64,000 nt of DNA from positions 9,424,001 through 9,488,000 of the forward strand of contig CAIIXF020000001.1 in assembly GCA_903813345.2 (NCBI GenBank), read 5' to 3'. The stretch's first letter is position 1. Each line of letters starts with the position of its first letter. Below the pieces are notes generated by a model. The model saw nothing but the letters and a program-made list of their open reading frames with translations. It made no database searches and was not told the DNA's origin. Of this stretch, positions 1 to 25,868 are shown in pieces. The position numbers and the translations under genes were made by a program. The DNA is from Owenia fusiformis (taxonomy: Eukaryota).

Positions 1-2270
1 CTGAAAAAGCCAACCTTTTCATGAACCTTTTCTCTGGCAAATATCACCATGATGAGCTTCATGGTGATATGGTCTTTCCTAATTTTCCAAAAAGGTGCAA
101 TCAAGAAATTGACAATATTACGACAACACCTGATGAAATAAATAAAATCATACAGTCTCTTGAACGTGACAAAGCATGCGGTCTTGATGGAATAAATAAC
201 AGAATGGTGAAAATTGCCTCAGCCACTCTATCAATCCAACTTTCTTCGCTTTTTAACTTTATTTTCCAAAAGTCAGAATTTCCTGACTGTTGGAAGTTGG
301 GAAATATTTCTCCAATTCATAAGAAATCTGACCGGTCATTCGTTGAAAACTATAGGCCGATAACATTATTAAGCACTTTCTCCAAAATTTTTGAAAAGGT
401 ACTCCATGCTAGAATCATGAAACACCTTATGGATAATGACCTCTTATACAAGTTTCAGTCAGGTTTTCTCCCAGGCCACAACACAGAACTTCAACTTTTA
501 GCAATAACTGACTATATTTATCATCAAATGGAACAAGGAAACTGTATTAACTCGGTATATCTCGACATTTCGGCTGCGTTTGATACCGTCCCGCATTCGC
601 TCTTAATACACAAAATGAAATCTTATGGAATTAACGGCAAAACAATTGATCTTTGTGATTCTTACCTGAGGAATAGAAAAGTTTGTGTATCAATCAATGA
701 CCAACATTCTAAATTCTCAGACAACAACTTCATAAACTCTGGTGTTCCTCAAGGCTCAGTAATAGGCCCCCTCATGTTCCTCATCTATATAAATGACCTC
801 CCAGACAACTTAGACTCTGAAGCATACATATATGCTGATGATACATCTCTATATTCATTTTTTCATCCATCAAATGCTCAAACAGATCAGATTCAAAATG
901 ATCTTAATAAAATTAATCTGTGGTCAAAGAAATGGTTCCTTAAATTCAAACCTTCCAAAAGTGCCCAAGTCATATTCCACTCAAACCGGATCAAAAACTT
1001 CCAAAAAACGCCACTTTATTTTGACGGAGAAGTCATTCCATGTAAAACTTCACACAAACATCTTGGATTTATCCTTGATGAAAATTTGACTTATGAAGAC
1101 CATATTAACTATCTTTCACGGAAAGTTCAAAAACTCCTTAATCCACTCAAGTATCTGTCAAATAGTGTAAGATCCAAACACCTTGAAACAATGTATAGCT
1201 CCTATGTAGCATCAAATTTTGACTACTGCAGTGCCTTGTATGGGTCTGCCTCATTAGCCCTATTAGCAAAACTTGACAAATTGCACTATCAAGCAGGTGT
1301 AATATGTGCAGGTGTTCTTCATGGCTCAGATACCTCCAAAGTTTTTCAATGCCTTAACTGGAAAACCCTTAGTCAAAGGAGAAATGAAAAAAATGTTCGG
1401 ATAATGTTCAAAATAAACAAAAGAAATGTAGCACAATATATATGCGACATATTTGACAAATATAAAAACCCAGCCACCAGACTACTGAGACATTCTATGC
1501 CTTACAATATTCCAACTAATGTTTCTATCAGACTCCTTAAAGCCCCTGTCTTAAATATTATAAAACAATGGAACAACCTTAGCCAACTTATAAGAGAATT
1601 ACCAACCATCTCTAGTTTTAAAAATGCTGTTCGGTCAACAATTCTCCCAAACATAAATTTCATTCCAACAACCAAGCTAAACTTAACAAGGTCAAATGAG
1701 AAGATTTTAAACAGACTTCGTGTCGATTTCTTTTTAAAAGAACACTTTTTCTCTCATAATTTTATTGGTGTAACCGACAACAAGTGTCCATGTGGATCCC
1801 CTGAAAATACTAAGCACTTTCTCCTTTCTTGCCCCCGCCATACTGATGATAGGACAAACATGATTACTGCACTTAGACAAAACAACCTTCTCTATGATGA
1901 GAACATCTACACCAACCGAAATGATCAAGTCAAATATCTCCTCTATGAAAATACCCTTAGCCGTGATTCACAAAACTTACTTCTTAACATTGTGCTCAAC
2001 TTTGTTAGATCATGTTACATTTACCCATTGAGAATCTAAAACTTGCCCAAACCTCCTGGACCAAAATATCCCCAACAACTAAGCAACTAAGCAATTAACA
2101 ACAAAACTTTTCAATAGTTTTATGCACTTTTTTTGTTTTATTATTACTTGCTTCTAAACTATATTTATGTTAAAGCGACCTGTAATGCCAAATGGCGATT
2201 GGTCTTGCTTACTTGTACTTTGTAAATTACTATGATTTAAGAATAATAAAATCATTAATAATAATAATAA
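1..2270 (+). mobile_element. 3' part of a CR1/L2-group non-LTR retrotransposon (LINE), inside an RNF32 intron, antisense to the gene
   Basis: Uninterrupted RT ORF open from the window edge; 3' UTR ends with AATAAA (~2246) and a (TAA)n tail (~2256-2270). Confidence 0.85.
21..2039 (+). CDS. LINE ORF2 reverse transcriptase with C-terminal Cys/His motif (5'-truncated by window)
   Basis: Motifs KACGLDGI, NYRPITLL, FQSGF, LDISAAFDTV, GVPQGSVIGP, YADD, HKHLG, C-terminal CPCG...HFLLSCP; frame continues upstream of 21 (EKANLF). Confidence 0.92.
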   Translation: MNLFSGKYHHDELHGDMVFPNFPKRCNQEIDNITTTPDEINKIIQSLERDKACGLDGINNRMVKIASATLSIQLSSLFNFIFQKSEFPDCWKLGNISPIHKKSDRSFVENYRPITLLSTFSKIFEKVLHARIMKHLMDNDLLYKFQSGFLPGHNTELQLLAITDYIYHQMEQGNCINSVYLDISAAFDTVPHSLLIHKMKSYGINGKTIDLCDSYLRNRKVCVSINDQHSKFSDNNFINSGVPQGSVIGPLMFLIYINDLPDNLDSEAYIYADDTSLYSFFHPSNAQTDQIQNDLNKINLWSKKWFLKFKPSKSAQVIFHSNRIKNFQKTPLYFDGEVIPCKTSHKHLGFILDENLTYEDHINYLSRKVQKLLNPLKYLSNSVRSKHLETMYSSYVASNFDYCSALYGSASLALLAKLDKLHYQAGVICAGVLHGSDTSKVFQCLNWKTLSQRRNEKNVRIMFKINKRNVAQYICDIFDKYKNPATRLLRHSMPYNIPTNVSIRLLKAPVLNIIKQWNNLSQLIRELPTISSFKNAVRSTILPNINFIPTTKLNLTRSNEKILNRLRVDFFLKEHFFSHNFIGVTDNKCPCGSPENTKHFLLSCPRHTDDRTNMITALRQNNLLYDENIYTNRNDQVKYLLYENTLSRDSQNLLLNIVLNFVRSCYIYPLRI

Positions 2271-2620
2271 TTGAGAAATAATGCAATACAATTTGTGATA
2301 GAGGATATGATGTTTATAAGTGGAAATTGAAAATCGTGACAATAAAAATAAATGCAACTTGATTCTAGTACAGTAAAACCTGTGTATAGTAAACATTTCT
2401 GAAGGAACACAGGTTTTAGTGTATGTCCGTGAATCTTTGAAGTGTACAATAAAACAGTTTCTTGATACAGCATAGAGTAATATAGAGAGAGTCATTTATA
2501 GCAGTACAGTAAAACCTAATACATGTTCACAGTTAAAAGCAGCCAAATGGCAATGAACATGTATGCCTGTATTTCAACATGATCCCATTTGATACCAATA
2601 TGGTCCCATTGGAGAAAATA

Positions 2621-2791
2621 CAGTGAAACCTGTAAAGAGGAACACCTCTAGAACTGAAACACCTCTGTTAGTGGAACACCTCTCCGAGATCAACTGGCTT
2701 ACTGTTAAATAAACCTCTACAAGGGGAACATCTCCCAAGTTGAACACTTTTTAGAAGTACCAAAGGTGTTCTGCTTGTACAGGTTTTACTG
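2621..2791. mobile_element. Tc1/mariner(pogo/Tigger)-type MITE
   Basis: TA|CAGTGAAACCTG ... CAGGTTTTACTG|TA; related copies or fragments at 2371-2421, ~7326-7418 and ~63280-63442. Confidence 0.7.
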
Positions 2792-3721
2792 TAGTTCATG
2801 TTTGAAATTTATTCAATTTAGCAGGCTTTACTGAAACTATAATTATATGGACAACAATATACCTACCAAATGATTCTTTAATTTCAGGAACTAAACATTG
2901 AAGAATGAATGAACATGATTAATACTTTCAATGTATTTTGGCTTTGTCAAGATGTCTGGAATGGCTTTGACAAGATTTATCAAAAACTTTTAAAATTGCT
3001 TCAAAAAGATAGCCATCCAAAAGTCAAATACTCTAGTAGCTCTAGAACTTGATACTGTTTTGAGGTTCGCAGTGCATATTCTTCCTACATGTTTCTTATT
3101 AGTCGAGAGAAATTTTACACAAATAGGAAGGGTAGGAGAATACATTTATTTTAATCATACTTATTTTGGCACATGATTTCAATTAGGCAACTTTACTATT
3201 TTAGACTTTTTGGTGAAGTTTTTTATTTTGGATTTATTAATTTCGCTTTCGCATTCCCAAAAAAGTAGGGGCCAAAATCTGCTTCTCCACACTTAAATTG
3301 GTCAATTAAAGTAACAAACAGGCATTACTGGGTATTATTCTTTTAATTTTGGGCCTATTTTCAAGAAATTGTGGAAATTTTATAGCCCCCCTCCAACTTG
3401 ATTTTCTGATCTGCCCATGTAATTCATCATTTAATTAATATTTATGCCAAAGATTTTTATTTTAGAATTTTTCTACTTTTGCACTTTACTTTTTGAAGTT
3501 TGCAGCTAAACTGTGAGACTGAAGTTTAATTCCTGAATGTTATCATTGGATAAAGGCCCCATGTAAACTATATAATATGTGAAATCATTCCTTTTTATAA
3601 AAATCATGAATTTGAGCTGAATAGCGTACATTTTTGCATTTCTTTTTTCATTCTATTTGGAAACCGCAACATCATGTGTTTTATTATATGTGTATGCATT
3701 CTCCATATTTAAATTTAGTAC

Positions 3722-18493
<14,772 letters not shown>

Positions 18494-18662
18494 CTTTTCT
18501 TCATATACTAATGTACACCATTTACAATCCTAGTCGGTCTTTATTATATACATGAAGTGGATATTGTTCTTTCAAAACGTCAACGAATTCGTCTCCATTT
18601 CCGAGCGACAGTAAACATAACAGGATCGGAGTGAATGCTTCTGAACTTCCGGGCTACAGTTT
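18494..18662. promoter_or_regulatory. Left remnant of a short divergent (RNF32 / METTL24-like) promoter
   Basis: CpG-containing stretch with ETS-type CTTCCGG just upstream of the inferred RNF32 ATG; a second TTCCGG lies at 30361-30366 across the transposon. Confidence 0.5.
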
Positions 18663-20063
18663 GGGACGTTTCGTTTTCCCCCTGATTGGACCCGCGATTA
18701 GAAAAGCCACATGGTTTATTTTCACATGATTTGACCCTTGGAAATGGAATAGTAATACCATGAAAGTTTGGTGTTTTACTCGAGAGATTTTAATGTGTAC
18801 ATATAAGTAAATATATTAATTATAAATATTGTCAAGGATAAGTCGCTGCATTATGTATTTGTGCAGAAAATACTAAAATTTTGAAACGGTTACGAGTTAA
18901 AATTTTAGAGTCGCCATTTTTTATTGAAATTTTCAAAGTCAAACTGCTAGTGCGATATATTCGTCCTGTACACGCAAATTCTGCAATATCTGTTGTCGGA
19001 AGACCTAACTTCGATATCTAGACATGTAACATTGGAAATAAAATCAGTTTGTATTTAGTTTTTTAGATTTGTAATCTAGAACTACAGTAGTCTAACAATG
19101 TCTAGAATAATATTTTCCACAAAAAATCATAAATTTCAATTTTATGCATAGGCCTATATAGGAATTGAATATACTGTATGAAGCATATTTCTAATGTTAT
19201 TTCAGCTAAAATTGGGTTTCAATAAATCAGTAGAGAGCCTAGACACATCATGCCATGAGGTCAGACCATTAGGATTTTCTCTAGCTCCCTAACGATTTGG
19301 ACCACAAGGCGGGACCACACCTGGCATCGGGACAAGTAGAATTGACCGAAATAAATATCTCCACTGCCCTCCACTCTGTGTACCAAGGAAAAAGAGAGTG
19401 AGGACCCTGTCGAAAAGTTTTGTAATGTATAACTGTTTCGTATGAATCGGTGTCGGTGAAGGTCATAATGTCTGTTTCGTATGAAACGGTGAAGGTCATA
19501 TTGCATTGGGACAAATTTGTCTTGTCCAAAGTTGGCCCCTGTAGGCTACACATGTAACTCAGTATATGCAAACTTTCTTTGCTCCATGTATGATGTCTAT
19601 ATTATCTCTTCTACTCCCTTACTTCTATTTGTTTAGTGGCTTTAATTTGTCAAATCTCTGTGACAGAATTGCCATCCTCTTAATCTATAAGTATTAGTCT
19701 ATCATAGGGGTCGCCTCATTGGTCTAAATCCCATTCATCCAAATCCCAATAGTCTGATTTCCATTGGTCTGAACTTAATTTTAATATCAAGATAAAGATG
19801 CAAGAAATGTATGAACATGGAATACATCACATTGATGTGTGTTTATTGAATAACATACATGTAGATTATCCATTTAGCCATGCTTATTCAAAATATTACA
19901 TTTCGCTTTTCTTGTGGTTGCCGTACTCCCTACATGCCAATCTGCACTTAGGGGATTAACATCATTCGAATAGATTAGGTAAATGGAATTGAATGTAGGT
20001 TTTAGATAGGTTGAGCTAAAATCGTATATTAAGTCTTTCTGTCATGATATTTAAATTTAAACA

Positions 20064-21314
20064 CTGTACTCCAGATAATTTTCATTTGGATTTTGTTTGA
20101 TTTTGTTTCGCAGAAAAATAATCTTCGCAAATTTCCCATTTTAAGACTGAGGTGCAAGTAATTGTATATCGTACCTTATACCACTCGAAGTCCAATTACA
20201 GTTGTATAACATGGGTCTATAACAACGATATACAGTGGGGAGTGGTATATCGTCATCGTATACAACTCCTCCGTATACACTCCAGCATATACCACTGTAG
20301 AAGTGCATTCTGGGAACTAATGAATAAAAAATATCATGAAAATTTTCATGATTTCCTAGAATCAAGTGACGTCATAAATGGTTCCGGCATGATTTGCTAG
20401 AATCAAGTGACGTCATAAATGGTTTGAGATCAACATCAGCATTATTGAGTTGGCTATGGGATATTTTTATGGTTTTTAATTGTTATGATTGTGTTCGAAT
20501 CAACTGTAATTAAACTTAGAGTGGCATAATAAGATTATATAATGGTTCATTCTGTATATCGTGCATTTTATACTCTCGTGAGAATATAATATATTCACTC
20601 GTTCGCTACGCTCACTTGTGAATATATCATATACTCACTCGAGTATAAACACGATATACAGAAAGAACCATTATATAACCTCATATTATACCACTCTAAG
20701 TCTGATTACAGTTGTATAACACGGGTCTATAACAACGATATACAGTGGAGAGTGGTATATCGTCATCGTATACAACTCCTCCGTATACACTCCAGCGTAT
20801 ACCACTGTAGAAGTGCATTCTGGGAACTAATGAATATTGACTGAAGAACGAGGTGTATGTTTTGTTACACATGATTTCCTAGAATCAAGTGACGTCATAA
20901 ATGGTTCCCATATGATTTGCTAGAATCAAGTGACGTCATAAATGGATCGATATCAACATCGGCATTACTGAGTTGGCTATGGGATATTTTTATGGTTTTT
21001 ATAATTGTTATGATTGTGTTTGAATCAACTGTAATTGAACTTAGAGTGGCATAATAAGATTATATAATGGTTCATTCTGTATATCGTGCATTTTATACTC
21101 TCGTGAGAATATAATATATACAGAATGAACCATTATATAACCTCATAATATCCAAATATATTGGGTAGGTGTAATTACTGTACATAGGGTAACTTAGTTT
21201 ACAGAGCTTGAGGATTCGGAGAATATGAAATTGAAACTTGTGAAATAGTGCCACGAAATTGTGATTTCTCAAAATTTGCAGAATTAAAACTTGCTAAATT
21301 GACCAGGAGTACAG
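20064..21314. mobile_element. Degenerate CTGTA...TACAG MITE interrupted by a hairpin-element dimer
   Basis: CTGTACTCCAGATAATTT at 20064 versus AAATTGACCAGGAGTACAG|TA ending at 21314. Confidence 0.5.
20176..21150. repeat. Head-to-tail dimer (~510-bp unit) of a double-inverted-repeat element
   Basis: Unit 1 20176-20685, unit 2 20686-~21150; each has an IR pair (TTATACCACTC..ATTACAGTTG / CAACTGTAAT..GAGTGGCATAA) and a long terminal hairpin, partly deleted in unit 2. Confidence 0.8.
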
Positions 21315-21959
21315 TATTGAAATTTAAATATCATATCAACAATTGTTAATTTTAGGATCATTAGGTTTCTGACCAAAGGGATTTGGACAATTGATATTCG
21401 GACCATTTATTTGGCCTATTACCTTTAAGATTTAATTATTTTCATTGATCATACCTTCAAAGGTGTGATTAGAGGAACAATAATAAACAATACACTTTTG
21501 ATTTTTCCAAACATTGGAATCATCTCTCAAAGTTCTGGGATATAATCACATGGGATTATCTGATGTTTTAATTGATCCTACCTTCAAAGATAGTATTAGA
21601 TTAGCAAAAAAACAATTTCTATTGATTTTTACAAACATTGGAATTACATAGTTCTGGAGTCTAATGTTTTCAATGATGAGACATCTTAATAAGATTATAA
21701 TATAATGATATGATACCTTCAAAGGTGTTTGAATATAGTTATAGCATCCAATAAGATTGCTTGAAATGTAGGAGTGTTCAATTACAACCAATGAGCTTTC
21801 TCTTGAACATCTTTAAAATACCATCAAATCTTAGTTTTATCAGATGAAGCGAGATACTTGTTCTTGGTAACATATATTGCTGAATCTTACTCTACAAATC
21901 GAACAGAAGCAAAATCATCATTTGATTAATTATTATTGAAAATCGATACACTAGTTGAA

Positions 21960-24900
21960 ATGGCTACTCTGATTGTGGGTGACAGTCAGTTGAAATATGT
22001 TCAAAAGTTTTTCGATGTGGATGAAGCAGTAGTTCTTTCTTATAGTGGTTGCAAAATTGAAGATTTACTTGAAAAGGTATCGGATATCCTTCCATCTTTC
22101 GACAACATCATTTACCATGTTGGGACTAACAATTCCAGCAATGAAACTGTCACCCAAATTATGAGAAAGTTTCAAAAACTAGTTTTCAGTACATTGTCTA
22201 AACAGTTTTGTCATGTTTATGTTTCGGGGATTCTGCCACGTGCTAGGAGCCATTTCCCAAAGGAGACATGCAGCAGATGCCAGAGGTACAGAGAAGAATG
22301 CAGAGTACATCCATCAGATGAGGCGCTTTACAACATGAACACTACTGCAAGGATGGTAAACCTGCTCCTCAGACATTACTGTGGTGAAACACCCCGTGTA
22401 ACATATATTCCACATATTGATTTTGCCAAACATGGCAAAATAGTACGTGGGATGTTGAGCCGGGATGGTCACCATATTAATGCCCGGGGACAGGCTGTTT
22501 TATGTCATAACTTATTTTCAGCTGTCAGTACTGTTAAATCTACCATTGGCTTAACCAAGGGTAACAGTGTTAAGGTGCCATCTGGCTCTGACCTGTCTAG
22601 TTCTGGTAGCAGTACTGCCCCGTTACGTAACTCTGTTACTTCGCGGGACAGTGCGACTACTGGAGCGAAAGACAGTGGACGAACCAGTGGTGTTAGGAGT
22701 TCCCCTGGCTTAACCAAGGGTAACATTGTTAAGGTGCCATCTGGCTCTGACCTGTCTAGTTCCGGTAGCAGTACTGCCCCGTTACGTAACTCTGTTACTT
22801 CGCGGGACAGTGCGACTACTGGAGCGAAAGACAGTGGACGAACCAATGGTGTTAGGCGTTCCCCTGGCTTAACCAAGGGTAACATTGTTAAGGTGCCATC
22901 TGGCTCTGACCTGTCTGGTTCCGGTAGCAGTACTGCCCCGTTACGTAACTCTGTTACTTCGCGGGACAGTGCGACTACTGGAGCAAAAGACAGTGGACGA
23001 ACCAATGGTGTTAGGCGTTCCCCTGGCTTAACCAAGGGTAACATTGTTAAGGTGCCATCTGGCTCTGACCTGTCTGGTTCCGGTAGCAGTACTGCCCCGT
23101 TAAGTAACCCTGTTACTTCGCAGGACAGTGCGACTACTGGAGCAAAAGACAGTGGACAAACCAATGGTGTTAGGAGTTCCCCTGGCTTAACCAAGGGTAA
23201 CATTGTTAAGGTGCCATCTGGCTCTGACCTGTCTGGTCCCGGTAGCAGTACTGCCCCATTACGTAACTCTGTTACTTCACGGGACAGTGCGACTACTGGA
23301 GCAAAAGACAGTGGACGAACCAGTGGTGTTAGGCGTTCCCCTGGCTTAACCAAGGGTAACATTGTTAAGGTGCCATCTGGCTCTGACCTGTCTGGTTCCG
23401 GTAGCAGTACTGCCCCGTTAAGTAACTCTGTTACTTCACGGGACAGTGCGACTACTGGAGCGAAAGACAGTGGACGAACCAATGGTGTTAGGCGTTCCCC
23501 TGGCTTAACCAAGGGTAACATTGTTAAGGTGCCATCTGGCTCTGACCTGTCTGGTTCTGGTAGCAGTACTGCCCCGTTACGTAACTCTGTTACTTCACGG
23601 GACAGTGCGACTACCGGAGTGCAAGACAGTGGACGAACCAGTGGTGTTAGCCGTTCCCCTGGCTTAACCAAGGGTAACATTGTTAAGGTGCCATCTGGCT
23701 CTGACCTGTCTGGTTCCGGTAGCAGTACTGCCCCGTTACGTAACTCTGTTACTTCACGGGACAGTGCGACTACTGGAGCGAAAGACAGTGGACGAACCAA
23801 TGGTGTTAGGCGTTCCCCTGGCTTAACCAAAGGTAACATTGTTAAGGTGCCATCTGGCTCTGACCTGTCTGGTTCCGGTAGCAGTACTGCCCCGTTACGT
23901 AACTCTGTTACTTCGCGGGACAGTGCGACTACTGGAGCAAAAGACAGTGGACGAACCAATGGTGTTAGGCGTTCCCCTGGCTTAACCAAGGGTAACATTG
24001 TTAAGGTGCCATCTGGCTCTGACCTGTCTGGTTCCGGTAGCAGTACTGCCCCGTTAAGTAACCCTGTTACTTCGCAGGACAGTGCGACTACTGGAGCAAA
24101 AGACAGTGGACAAACCAATGGTGTTAGGAGTTCCCCTGGCTTAACCAAGGGTAACATTGTTAAGGTGCCATCTGGCTCTGACCTGTCTGGTCCCGGTAGC
24201 AGTACTGCCCCATTACGTAACTCTGTTACTTCACGGGACAGTGCGACTACTGGAGCAAAAGACAGTGGACGAACCAGTGGTGTTAGGCGTTCCCCTGGCT
24301 TAACCAAGGGTAACATTGTTAAGGTGCCATCTGGCTCTGACCTGTCTGGTTCCGGTAGCAGTACTGCCCCGTTAAGTAACTCTGTTACTTCACGGGACAG
24401 TGCGACTACTGGAGCGAAAGACAGTGGACGAACCAATGGTGTTAGGCGTTCCCCTGGCTTAACCAAGGGTAACATTGTTAAGGTGCCATCTGGCTCTGAC
24501 CTGTCTGGTTCTGGTAGCAGTACTGCCCCGTTACGTAACTCTGTTACTTCACGGGACAGTGCGACTACCGGAGTGCAAGACAGTGGACGAACCAGTGGTG
24601 TTAGCCGTTCCCCTGGCTTAACCAAGGGTAACATTGTTAAGGTGCCATCTGGCTCTGACCTGTCTGGTTCCGGTAGCAGTACTGCCCCGTTACGTAACTC
24701 TGTTACTTCACGGGACAGTGCGACTACTGGAGCGAAAGACAGTGGACGAACCAATGGTGTTAGGCGTTCCCCTGGCTTAACCAAGGGTAACATTGTTAAG
24801 GTGCCATCTGGCTCTGACCTGTCTGGTTCCGGTAGCAGAACTGCCCCGTTACGTAACTCTGTTACTTCGCGGGACAGTGCGACTACTGGAGCAAAAGACA

Positions 24901-25868
24901 GTGGACGAACCAATGGTGTTAGGCGTTCCCCTGGCTTAACCAAGGGTAACATTGTTAAGGTGCCATCTGGCTCTGACCTGTCTGGTCCCGGTAGCAGTAC
25001 TGCCCCGTTACGTAACTCTGTTACTTCACGGGACAGTGCGACTACCGGAGCGAAAGACAGTGGACGAACCAGTGGTGTTAGGCGTTCCCCTGGCTTAACC
25101 AAGGGTAACATTGTTAAGGTGCCATCTTTCTCTGACCTGTCTAGTTCCGGTAGCAGTACTGCCCCGTTACGTAACTCTGTTACTTCGCGGGACAGTGCAA
25201 CTACTGGAGCAAAAGACAGTGAATGGGTCAGTGGTGTTAATGTCCCTCTTTATTCACAGGTGGGTGGTGGTGATGGTAAATCCATTGTTGTTGCAAATGA
25301 AAATATTCCATGGTCTACCAATAGATATGCCAGTTTTCTTTCTAGCGTTGATAACTCTCTCTTATCAACTAAACCTCCCATTAAACCCCGTGCAGGTGAT
25401 ATATACATATTCAACAGGGATCAGATCTTTGAAAAGGATTGGCGTTGTGATGGGTACTCATGGTCCAATAGAGGATCAGATCCAAGGGCATGTATAACTA
25501 AAACAGCTTTCAACATAAAAGTAATGGGGAAAGATGGAAAACCTCTTAAAAAGGGATCATCGCAGTTTCGAAAATTTGAAATTTCACTCATATCAAATAA
25601 AACATTTGTTTTGGTACATTATCTTGGGGATGAAAAATTGTATATACCACTGGCACATGGTAACAGTAAAAATAAGGAAATTGAATTTCGAAGAACAAAA
25701 CCTTCAGTACTTAATGATATCAAATCCCATTCTAGCAATGTTCCAAATGCTGTTTATCAGGATCTTTTGGCTTCTAATACTGTAGGCACAGAACAGGGCA
25801 TAGGTAATCCAAGGAACTTGCGCCAAGTTCAGCGCCATTTGCACAACTTTAAGAAAGAAAAAATGTAA
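21960..25868 (+). CDS. MULE polyprotein, N-terminal half: SGNH/GDSL hydrolase, 17 x 53-aa Ser/Gly/Thr repeat, CG-1/WRKY-GCM1-like putative DNA-binding segment
   Basis: SGNH blocks IVGDS, YSG, HVGTNN, VSGILPR, RDGHH; repeat array; DWRCDGYSW...LVHYLGD...HGNSK...RRTKPS...PRNLRQV. ATG at 21960 (track start 21936 is TTG). Confidence 0.8.
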   Translation: MATLIVGDSQLKYVQKFFDVDEAVVLSYSGCKIEDLLEKVSDILPSFDNIIYHVGTNNSSNETVTQIMRKFQKLVFSTLSKQFCHVYVSGILPRARSHFPKETCSRCQRYREECRVHPSDEALYNMNTTARMVNLLLRHYCGETPRVTYIPHIDFAKHGKIVRGMLSRDGHHINARGQAVLCHNLFSAVSTVKSTIGLTKGNSVKVPSGSDLSSSGSSTAPLRNSVTSRDSATTGAKDSGRTSGVRSSPGLTKGNIVKVPSGSDLSSSGSSTAPLRNSVTSRDSATTGAKDSGRTNGVRRSPGLTKGNIVKVPSGSDLSGSGSSTAPLRNSVTSRDSATTGAKDSGRTNGVRRSPGLTKGNIVKVPSGSDLSGSGSSTAPLSNPVTSQDSATTGAKDSGQTNGVRSSPGLTKGNIVKVPSGSDLSGPGSSTAPLRNSVTSRDSATTGAKDSGRTSGVRRSPGLTKGNIVKVPSGSDLSGSGSSTAPLSNSVTSRDSATTGAKDSGRTNGVRRSPGLTKGNIVKVPSGSDLSGSGSSTAPLRNSVTSRDSATTGVQDSGRTSGVSRSPGLTKGNIVKVPSGSDLSGSGSSTAPLRNSVTSRDSATTGAKDSGRTNGVRRSPGLTKGNIVKVPSGSDLSGSGSSTAPLRNSVTSRDSATTGAKDSGRTNGVRRSPGLTKGNIVKVPSGSDLSGSGSSTAPLSNPVTSQDSATTGAKDSGQTNGVRSSPGLTKGNIVKVPSGSDLSGPGSSTAPLRNSVTSRDSATTGAKDSGRTSGVRRSPGLTKGNIVKVPSGSDLSGSGSSTAPLSNSVTSRDSATTGAKDSGRTNGVRRSPGLTKGNIVKVPSGSDLSGSGSSTAPLRNSVTSRDSATTGVQDSGRTSGVSRSPGLTKGNIVKVPSGSDLSGSGSSTAPLRNSVTSRDSATTGAKDSGRTNGVRRSPGLTKGNIVKVPSGSDLSGSGSRTAPLRNSVTSRDSATTGAKDSGRTNGVRRSPGLTKGNIVKVPSGSDLSGPGSSTAPLRNSVTSRDSATTGAKDSGRTSGVRRSPGLTKGNIVKVPSFSDLSSSGSSTAPLRNSVTSRDSATTGAKDSEWVSGVNVPLYSQVGGGDGKSIVVANENIPWSTNRYASFLSSVDNSLLSTKPPIKPRAGDIYIFNRDQIFEKDWRCDGYSWSNRGSDPRACITKTAFNIKVMGKDGKPLKKGSSQFRKFEISLISNKTFVLVHYLGDEKLYIPLAHGNSKNKEIEFRRTKPSVLNDIKSHSSNVPNAVYQDLLASNTVGTEQGIGNPRNLRQVQRHLHNFKKEKM
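22548..25240 (+). repeat. 159-bp in-frame minisatellite, ~17 copies
   Basis: GGCTTAACCAAGGGTAAC recurs at exact 159-bp spacing from 22548 to 25092. Confidence 0.97.

Noticed and set aside
22505-25111. 868-aa minus-strand ORF
   Set aside because: Confined to the 159-bp array; it is open only because the unit lacks a stop in that frame, and it has no unique domain.
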